From NCBI GenBank assembly GCA_944324855.1, contig CALUXY010000001.1, forward strand, positions 11,117-75,116: a stretch of 64,000 bases of DNA, given 5' to 3'. Source of the stretch: Candidatus Gastranaerophilales bacterium. Its GTDB lineage: Bacteria; Cyanobacteriota; Vampirovibrionia; Gastranaerophilales; Gastranaerophilaceae. Both the position numbers and the translations under genes were made by a program. Under the pieces are notes generated by a model, which ran no database searches, was not told where the DNA came from, and saw only the letters and a program-made list of their open reading frames with translations. Of this stretch, positions 57,216 to 64,000 are shown piece after piece. Positions within the stretch are counted from its first letter, which is position 1, and each line of letters begins with the position of its first letter.

Positions 57216-58604
57216 TTATACAGATGCCATTTTTGTTTGTAATTGTATTGCAGAATCTTCGTATCCGGAACGTCCCATAAGTGCATACGTATAATTTTTA
57301 GCCTGCTCAACTCCGGGTTGATTAAACGTATCAATATTATACAATTCACCTGCAATTGCAGTTTGGATTTCTAACATATAAAGTAATTGTGCAATATAGT
57401 AGCCGTTGATTTTCGGAATAGTAATTGTCACAGTCGGACGTTGATAATCAGCAAGAGCAACTCTTGTAGAATCAGCTTCCGCATTCATTAAGTCATTAAT
57501 CGTTTTGCCGCCTAAATACCCAATACCTGTATATTCAAAGATTTTTGGAATTTCAAGTGTTGTATCAAATTCTTTTACTCTGATAAAGTTAATAACTTTA
57601 TTGTTCGGACCTTCATTATAAAGTTGGATTTGAGAGTGCTGGTCTGTTACACCGAGCGCCTTAATAGGCGTTGGTCCGATATTTACTTTATTGCCGTTTT
57701 TATCGTATTCTTTTCCTAAAGATTCTGCCCAGAGCTGAACATACCAGTCCGAAATATATTTCAATCTTGAAGAATAAGGCATCATAACAGATAAATTCTT
57801 ACCTTTTTTAGTATCCATCAGATAATGAATAAGTGCATTTTGTGCCGCAATATTTTCATGGATATCAAGATTTTTCAAAGCTAAATCCATATCCTTGATA
57901 CCGTTTGTAATTTCGTCAATATCAATACCTACAAGAGCCAACGGCAAAAGTCCGACTGCTGAGAATACAGAAAATCTGCCGCCTACATCATCAGGAATAA
58001 TAAAAGTTTTATACCCTTCCTGATCTGCGAGCTGTTTTAAAATACCAATATTTTTATCTGTTGTAACAACGATATTTTTTCTGTAATCATCTCCCAATTC
58101 TTTTTCCAGCAGGTCTTTTACAATCATATACTGAGACATTGTTTCTGCTGTTGAACCTGATTTGGTTATAACATTTACCAGTGTATTTTTTAAATCTAAA
58201 ATACTTAACAAACTGCTTATAGTGTCAGGGTCAATGTTATCTAAAAAGAAAATTCTAGGTTGATTGTTGCGTTGTTCCGGGGTTAAAAGGTTCCAATAAG
58301 GTTTTAATAATGCTTCTGTTACTGCAATACCTCCAAGTGCCGAGCCGCCAATACCAAGAACCAGAATATTTTCAAACCTTCCTTCTACCATTGATGCGAA
58401 TTCTTTAACATACCAGATAGTTTCTTCGCTGTAACCTAAGTTCATCCATCTTAACCACTGTCCCGGTTTGTCTTTTCGCTTATTTAAATCGGCTATAATA
58501 TGTTTAATCTGTTCTTGATAATTATTGAACTCCTCTTCAATATTTAGACCATTATCTTCACCAATTACTTGTGCATCAACATTTTTGTAATTAAGTTCGA
58601 GCAT
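57216..58604 (-). CDS. pgi: glucose-6-phosphate isomerase
   Basis: LGIGGSALG, DDVGGRFSV and the QHSQIQL region typical of the ~450-aa PGI class. Confidence 0.9.
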   Translation of the reverse strand: MLELNYKNVDAQVIGEDNGLNIEEEFNNYQEQIKHIIADLNKRKDKPGQWLRWMNLGYSEETIWYVKEFASMVEGRFENILVLGIGGSALGGIAVTEALLKPYWNLLTPEQRNNQPRIFFLDNIDPDTISSLLSILDLKNTLVNVITKSGSTAETMSQYMIVKDLLEKELGDDYRKNIVVTTDKNIGILKQLADQEGYKTFIIPDDVGGRFSVFSAVGLLPLALVGIDIDEITNGIKDMDLALKNLDIHENIAAQNALIHYLMDTKKGKNLSVMMPYSSRLKYISDWYVQLWAESLGKEYDKNGNKVNIGPTPIKALGVTDQHSQIQLYNEGPNNKVINFIRVKEFDTTLEIPKIFEYTGIGYLGGKTINDLMNAEADSTRVALADYQRPTVTITIPKINGYYIAQLLYMLEIQTAIAGELYNIDTFNQPGVEQAKNYTYALMGRSGYEDSAIQLQTKMASV

Positions 58605-58756
58605 TAATCAACCTTTCTTTCCCTAATACAAATGTACATTCTTATTTTTATTATATTATTAACAAAGAAAATTTCAAGCAAATTCCCTGATAAAGCACTC
58701 TTCAAGGGGATAATTTTTTAAATAATAGCGTAGAATCGATAAGAGATTATTAATTG

Positions 58757-58990
58757 TTAAATGTTAGTTTTATATAACTGTTTTGCTAATTTAACAATCA
58801 TATACGTGTCAATATCTAAAACTTCTGCTATCTTATCTAACAGCATAATTGATATAAGACTTTCTCCCTCTTCAATCCTTTTGAGACGTTTCAATGAGAC
58901 ATTTATTTTTTCTGCAAATATTTCCTCGGGTATATTATTTACCCTTCTTAACGCTCTAATTGTCTTACCCAGTTGTTTATATATATCCAT
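58757..58990 (-). CDS. XRE-family HTH protein
   Basis: I chose the ATG at 58990 (MDIYKQLGKTIRALR...). The Cro/C1-type HTH pattern is ...EIFAEKINVSLKRLKRIEEGE... Confidence 0.6.
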   Translation of the reverse strand: MDIYKQLGKTIRALRRVNNIPEEIFAEKINVSLKRLKRIEEGESLISIMLLDKIAEVLDIDTYMIVKLAKQLYKTNI

Positions 58991-59007
58991 AATTATTATT
59001 TTAATAT

Positions 59008-59078
59008 AACTTATAATATACAATTATTTGTATTATAGATTGGTGTTATTTATAAGTTAATGTTTATATACTTATAAC
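59008..59078. promoter_or_regulatory. three ACTTATAA boxes in the divergent XRE-XRE intergenic region (candidate operators)
   Basis: AACTTATAA (59008-59016), its reverse complement TTATAAGTT (59050-59058), and ACTTATAAC (59070-59078). Confidence 0.35.
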
Positions 59079-59080
59079 TA

Positions 59081-59302
59081 ATGAATAAGGAAATGTTTTT
59101 AAAGAAATTTGGTAAAAATGTTAAACTTGAGCGAATCAAAAAGGATTTAACTCAAGAGCAGTTAGCTGAGAAAATGGATGTATCAAATAATTATATTTCA
59201 GGAATAGAAAACGGTCGTTCTAATATGTCATTAGGCAAAATTCTTGAATTGGCAGATTATATTGGGACTGACGTACAGAATCTTTTGATATTTAATGATT
59301 GA
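59081..59302 (+). CDS. XRE-family HTH protein
   Basis: LTQEQLAEKMDVSNNYISGIENGRSNMSL is a classical Cro/C1 HTH. Confidence 0.7.
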   Translation: MNKEMFLKKFGKNVKLERIKKDLTQEQLAEKMDVSNNYISGIENGRSNMSLGKILELADYIGTDVQNLLIFND

Positions 59303-59303
59303 T

Positions 59304-60104
59304 TTAAACTAATTCCGGCAGCTCTTTTACTTCATAGAACATTTTGGCTGCAATTTTAAATTGTTCGGGGTTTGCACTCACATACATTTTTTCATAACCC
59401 GCTTGAGTATTATTATTTAAAAGCTTGTTTTCTTTTAAATCCTCTGCAATATAATTAACAAAGTATTCAGCAGGGTCGATAAACCTGTCCCGAGAAGTGA
59501 ATTTGCTTAATATATCTAAAAGATACGGATAATGAGTACATCCGAGAACTATTTTCTCAGGATTATTTTTCAGCATCATCCCTAAATCAGATTGAACTAT
59601 TTTAATATTCTCAGGGTTATTTTGTCCGTTGGATTCAACGATATCAACCCAATTATGACAGCTTTGAGGGTATATAAGCATATCCGGATTGTATTTTTTG
59701 ATTTCAGATTCATATACTCCGGATTTTATTGTTGCAGGTGTTGCAAAAATTCCAAGCCGCTTGATAGGAAGCTCCGATAAGATTTTGGCACAGGATTGAA
59801 TTATAGGATAAATTTTAAATCCGTAAGAATCTTTGATACTATCATAAGCTGCGGATGAAGAAGTATTACAGGCGATAATAACTGCTTTTACTTGCTGTTT
59901 TTCAAAAAAATCAAGTATAAATCTTGCATAAGATATCAATTCTTCTTTAGTCTTGTTTCCGTACGGCAAGTGCTTTGTGTCCCCAAAATAGAGGCAGTTT
60001 TCGTTAGGCAGTTTATTTCTGAATTTAGAATAAACAGTTAATCCGCCGACACCGGAATCAAAAAATCCGATAGGGTTATTATTTATGGTTATTGAAGTAT
60101 TCAA
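59304..60104 (-). CDS. murI: glutamate racemase
   Basis: FDSGVGGLTV, ACNTSS and GCTHYP motifs, including both catalytic Cys. Confidence 0.9.
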   Translation of the reverse strand: MNTSITINNNPIGFFDSGVGGLTVYSKFRNKLPNENCLYFGDTKHLPYGNKTKEELISYARFILDFFEKQQVKAVIIACNTSSSAAYDSIKDSYGFKIYPIIQSCAKILSELPIKRLGIFATPATIKSGVYESEIKKYNPDMLIYPQSCHNWVDIVESNGQNNPENIKIVQSDLGMMLKNNPEKIVLGCTHYPYLLDILSKFTSRDRFIDPAEYFVNYIAEDLKENKLLNNNTQAGYEKMYVSANPEQFKIAAKMFYEVKELPELV

Positions 60105-61962
60105 TGATACCCTCCGCTATTGCCTGAGCAGTTGCCTGTTGACGTCTTGAGGTTACAAGTTCGGCTCTTTCTCCGTCGTTTGATATAAATCCTATTTCCA
60201 AAAGCACTGCCGGTGCAGTCGTATGATTTATAACATAAAATTTAGACTTAAACAACCCGCGGTTTGTAGTTTTAATGGCATGGGTCATTTTTGAATGGAT
60301 AGTATTTGCCAATTCTATACTATTATCGTGGTAGTAATGTGTTTCAATACCTTTCGGCTCTGTTCCCATACAAGAATTTACGTGAATACTTACAAAAAGC
60401 CCCGGATGAACAGATTCTGTAAATTTACACCTGTCCTCTAGTGATACATAAGTATCATTGGTTCTTGTCATGTAAACTTTATATCCTTTTCTTTCAAGAA
60501 TACTTTGGAGTCTTTTGGCAACATCAAGGTTGATTTCTTTTTCATTAATACCGTTTCTGATGGCTCCATAATCTGTTCCGCCGTGTCCCGGGTCAATTAC
60601 AACAACCTTATTGGCATGAGGAGCTGCGACTTCTTTCTTTGGTTTAGGAGCTTTAAGATTAGTTGCCCTAATTCTGAAATTTTTCCCGTCGGCACTAAAA
60701 TAAGTATTAATGTCGTTAGTATTATCAATCGGAAGAGTCAATCTTATACCGATATTTTTCAACAGAGCAAGCTCTGTTTCATAAAACGGAGTTGTCTCGA
60801 TTGTTTTATTAAACACCGCTTGATTGTATTGAACCGCGTTAAAAAAGTATACATACAAGTTATCAGTATTACGTTTAATCCCCCATACTACAGGTGCATC
60901 AAAGGTTAACGTCAAATCATTCGTTGAAATATTCTTTTGATGTTTATATTTAACTATATTGCATTTATTATTTACAATTGCACCTGAGGATAACTGCGCG
61001 GGATTTATAAGCAAAATAGACTGATTATCAGATGAAAATACAGGCAGATACTGTTTTGCGTTTTCTGATGTCACAACTATTCTTGTAACATTTTTATCAA
61101 ATCGTCCGATTTTAATTCTGTCTCCTGAAAGATTATTAGGATTCAGAGGAATTTCTTTATTATTAAATGACTGATTGAAATTGCTGTTTGCAATATCAAA
61201 TACCATTCTGGTCGGGTTAGTCAAAACAAACGGCTTTTGAATTGTCGGAGATCCGTAACCGCTTATTAAAAAACCGTTATTTTGAGGGGTCACAGAATTG
61301 ATATAATATTTGCTTCTTAATTTTATATTATTTGATAAACTGCTTGTTACAAGTTCTTTATAATTCTCAGCTGTAGAATTATCGAATGCCTGCTGTATTT
61401 GAGTTAATTCTTTTGACGAATGTTTAACATTAGAATTTAAAACTGCAGGTTTAGGACTAACAGCCTGCGTTTGTATAACCATAGAATTGTAATAATCTTC
61501 TGATGCTTTTTCTTTATCTCTATAGGTGTTCTGATAAAACTGGGCATTTACTTCACTTAACTCTCTTGTCATTATTACAAGATTATTATTTATATTCCCT
61601 ATTTTTACGTCATCAAGATTGAATTTTTCATCAAAATTAACAACAATACGTACAACATTAGGGTTTGTTGTAAACTGACTTATTTTAATTTCTTTTATTA
61701 CCCCGGATGAGAAAAATAAATCCTGTTTTTTAGAGATTAAAACAGATGAATTAATATCAAAATATATCTTATGTTCCTCTGGGAGTTTGATAAGCTTAAT
61801 CCCGTTAGTTATACTTGATTGATAGTTTCCTATTGTATTAACAAAAACTACAGCCGTAGAGGTATCAATACTGAGCCCTCTTATCTTAAAGGTCTCATCC
61901 GCAAATGCCGTTTGAACCAGCATTATTATAAACAAAAAAATTAGTACTAAAACTTTTTTCAT
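60079..61962 (-). CDS. N-acetylmuramoyl-L-alanine amidase with N-terminal AMIN-like domains
   Basis: Signal peptide, two beta-rich repeats (...RIVV.F...), and a C-terminal Amidase_3 domain (VVIDPGHGGTDYGA, SIHVNS, GIETHYY). Confidence 0.8.
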   Translation of the reverse strand: MKKVLVLIFLFIIMLVQTAFADETFKIRGLSIDTSTAVVFVNTIGNYQSSITNGIKLIKLPEEHKIYFDINSSVLISKKQDLFFSSGVIKEIKISQFTTNPNVVRIVVNFDEKFNLDDVKIGNINNNLVIMTRELSEVNAQFYQNTYRDKEKASEDYYNSMVIQTQAVSPKPAVLNSNVKHSSKELTQIQQAFDNSTAENYKELVTSSLSNNIKLRSKYYINSVTPQNNGFLISGYGSPTIQKPFVLTNPTRMVFDIANSNFNQSFNNKEIPLNPNNLSGDRIKIGRFDKNVTRIVVTSENAKQYLPVFSSDNQSILLINPAQLSSGAIVNNKCNIVKYKHQKNISTNDLTLTFDAPVVWGIKRNTDNLYVYFFNAVQYNQAVFNKTIETTPFYETELALLKNIGIRLTLPIDNTNDINTYFSADGKNFRIRATNLKAPKPKKEVAAPHANKVVVIDPGHGGTDYGAIRNGINEKEINLDVAKRLQSILERKGYKVYMTRTNDTYVSLEDRCKFTESVHPGLFVSIHVNSCMGTEPKGIETHYYHDNSIELANTIHSKMTHAIKTTNRGLFKSKFYVINHTTAPAVLLEIGFISNDGERAELVTSRRQQATAQAIAEGIIEYFNNHK

Positions 61963-62086
61963 TGAAAGTTTATAACTCCCCCTACATTTTTATTATATCA
62001 GAAAATAGAAAAGATTGACCAAAAGTATAAAAAACTATATAATTATGTTAAAAGAGTGTAGTGTTCTCCAATCGGAGGGGTTATAT

Positions 62087-62437
62087 ATGGAAACAAAAGA
62101 CAGACGCTGGTATGATTCACATTTTGAAACAACAAAGACTCTTGCTCTTCTTGAAAAGCTGTCAGATGAAGAAAAAGAAGTACTTTCAGAATCTTTAATT
62201 TCAATTATTAAAGAAATAAAAGATTTTCATCGTGATGATTACGAGGATGAAACCAAAGAACCGCCTCTGAGTTTGGGAATTGATAGAGTAATAGGACTTT
62301 ATCAATCATCGAACGGCAGACGCTGGTATGATAAACCTGATAGTTTAGGTTTTGCAATGAAAGCTATGTCTACACTCCCGGAAGCCGATTTCAGAAACAT
62401 CATGGACGGTCTTTCTGTTACCCTGTCAAATAGATAA
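62087..62437 (+). CDS. hypothetical small acidic protein with duplicated RRWYD motif
   Basis: ATG at 62087 follows a GGAGGGG SD. DRRWYDSH and GRRWYDKP lie ~75 residues apart. Confidence 0.45.
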   Translation: METKDRRWYDSHFETTKTLALLEKLSDEEKEVLSESLISIIKEIKDFHRDDYEDETKEPPLSLGIDRVIGLYQSSNGRRWYDKPDSLGFAMKAMSTLPEADFRNIMDGLSVTLSNR

Positions 62438-62451
62438 ATTAAGGTGGATTT

Positions 62452-62835
62452 ATGTTTGATTACAACGAATTAATGCAAATGGCAAAAGATGCATCTAAAA
62501 ATGCATACTGTAAATATTCAAACTTTAAAGTCGGAGCCTGTGTCTTAACGGATTCGGGTAAAACTTTCAAAGGATGTAATTTTGAGAATTCAAGCTACGG
62601 GCTTGCAATATGCGCCGAAAGATGTGCAGTAGGTGCTGCTATTGTTAACGGCGAAACCAAAATTAATGCCATCGCAATATATTCCCCAAATACTGACAAT
62701 TGCTATCCTTGCGGAGCTTGCAGACAAGTTTTGAGCGAATTCAAAAACGGTGATATTGACGTAATTACAGAAGAAAATGGCAAATTGAAGATTACAAAAC
62801 TTTCATATCTTCTGCCGGAAAGTTTTTCACTCTAG
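62452..62835 (+). CDS. cdd: cytidine deaminase
   Basis: CAERCA and PCGACRQ zinc-binding motifs; ~127 aa, the tetrameric type. Confidence 0.85.
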   Translation: MFDYNELMQMAKDASKNAYCKYSNFKVGACVLTDSGKTFKGCNFENSSYGLAICAERCAVGAAIVNGETKINAIAIYSPNTDNCYPCGACRQVLSEFKNGDIDVITEENGKLKITKLSYLLPESFSL

Positions 62836-63072
62836 ATGTATATTTTTGAATGTATTTGGAAACTGTTTCACAAAGAGACGGAAGAGCCTGAAGAATTTAA
62901 CTATGACCCGCTTAACCATCCGGAAGAACCTGTGGAATATGAACGCTGCGAACACGAATTCATGCCGGTAGACAGCACCGGTGAAACTTTAGCTTGTATT
63001 AAGTGCGGTTTTATAGTACAACGAAATAATATAAACGAGGTTAACTATAATTATGACTCAAATAATCAATGA
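62836..63072 (+). CDS. hypothetical small Cys-containing protein
   Basis: 78-aa ORF starting directly after the cdd stop. It is acidic with C...C..C; coding status is uncertain. Confidence 0.3.
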   Translation: MYIFECIWKLFHKETEEPEEFNYDPLNHPEEPVEYERCEHEFMPVDSTGETLACIKCGFIVQRNNINEVNYNYDSNNQ

Positions 63073-64000
63073 TTTTTATGAACAAATAAAACAAGCATCC
63101 GTTACTGATATTTTGATGTTTCTTCTGTTTTGTTTGTTAATGACTTTACTGATTTCTTCTCAGAATTTCTTTTTTCAGAGAATTATAGAAAACGGTATCA
63201 GCAAAAGAGATATTATTGCGGATAAAACTATTACCGTAATTGATACAAAAAGAACGGAACAGCATAAAAAAGATGTAGCAATGAATGTTGAACCGGTTTT
63301 AATTCCGGCAGAAGATGAATTTATAAAAGTTAACCTTGAAACATTAGAAAATTCAATTGTCCAAATAAGAAGAAAAAATGTTGATAATAGTATAAAAAGA
63401 ACAGAACTCGGTTTATTATTTGATATATCAGCCCAGTACAAAAAAGACTATCTGTCTAATTACCTTTTAAATGTTTCGGACTCAAATCTCCAAAAGATTT
63501 TTGATAAAGCTAAAATAACCCTGACCTCAGTTCTTAACCGCGGGATTACCGAAAGCGAATACGAAAACAGTGATGTAGACAGAATAATTTTAAGAAGTAT
63601 TCCTGCTACAACCCCGAGAAATCAAGCTACAGTTGTAACAGCACTTTTAAAAGAAATTATCACTCCAAATCTGGTTGTTGATGAACTCGCAACCGAAATC
63701 TCAAGAAAAAATGCACAAAATGCAGTTAAACCTTATGAAGTAGTGTTTCATAAAGGTGATAAAATAGTATTTGAAGGTGAACCGGTCACAAAATTAAAAA
63801 AAGATGCCCTTCGAGAAGCAGGATATAACGTTCTGGAAATAAATTATTTCGGAATTCTTGGAGTATTTGTTATTGTCGCTTTTTCAACATTTATATTTAT
63901 TCAGTACGAAAAGAATTTTGAAAGAGTATTTTTTGAACCTCACCACTTAACAATTACCGGATTTTTGGCATTGGTTATCGCTCTTATTGCCGTTGCAATG
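63053..64000 (+). CDS. PgpH/YqfF-like 7TM-HD membrane protein, N-terminal part (3' end outside window)
   Basis: My own translation from the ATG at 63053 is open to the window end. An N-terminal TM helix is followed by a long extracytoplasmic domain with VVFHKGDKIVFEGEPVTKLKKDALREAG, then the first helices of the multi-TM region. Confidence 0.55.
   Translation, partial: MTQIINDFYEQIKQASVTDILMFLLFCLLMTLLISSQNFFFQRIIENGISKRDIIADKTITVIDTKRTEQHKKDVAMNVEPVLIPAEDEFIKVNLETLENSIVQIRRKNVDNSIKRTELGLLFDISAQYKKDYLSNYLLNVSDSNLQKIFDKAKITLTSVLNRGITESEYENSDVDRIILRSIPATTPRNQATVVTALLKEIITPNLVVDELATEISRKNAQNAVKPYEVVFHKGDKIVFEGEPVTKLKKDALREAGYNVLEINYFGILGVFVIVAFSTFIFIQYEKNFERVFFEPHHLTITGFLALVIALIAVAM

Noticed and set aside
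1-64000. Scan for tRNA, rRNA, CRISPR arrays, IS elements, transposases, integrases and prophage structural genes.
   Set aside because: I recognised none by eye. The accessory modules therefore cannot be shown to be mobile from this window alone.

Overview
AT-rich bacterial chromosomal segment, densely coding on both strands. I recognise no rRNA, tRNA, CRISPR array, transposase or integrase. All calls rest on motif recognition by eye; no database search or folding program was run.

Housekeeping backbone: pgeF, a DAACS symporter, DAHP synthase and pheA, fliW-csrA, deoC-ychF, a PfkB kinase, tdk, metG, smc-scpA-scpB, prs, mutS2, lepA, dedA, rpsU, lpxA, trxB, pgi, murI, an AMIN-domain amidase, cdd and a PgpH-like protein. 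A long Bacillus-type SRP RNA lies at about 8617-8876 (-). lpxA, the AMIN amidase and fliW/csrA point to a flagellated diderm. Many ORFs are ORFans, which suggests a poorly studied lineage.

Accessory modules worth follow-up:
(i) A translationally coupled cassette at 38.1-40.5 kb: a Pro-rich four-repeat peptide, a radical-SAM/SPASM enzyme and a membrane-anchored HExxH protein. This is my best candidate for an undescribed RiPP-like system.
(ii) A 2093-aa protein at 41.7-48.0 kb that fuses EF-hand, LysM, annexin-like, FHA and calpain-like protease modules.
(iii) Just upstream of it, a ~0.9 kb ORF-free, locally GC-rich region bracketed by palindromes. It looks like an unclassified structured RNA.
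(iv) A recurring N-terminal '[VI]-x-F-K-G' (plus 'PAEKQQ') leader on many unrelated ORFans and enzymes.
(v) A cluster of a DEDD exonuclease, a dual-HKD PLD protein and a dGTPase.
(vi) An AAA / pseudo-AAA / coiled-coil module at the 5' edge.

Also present: a HigB/HigA-like TA pair with an apparently leaderless promoter, a divergent XRE pair, and several odd short repeats.
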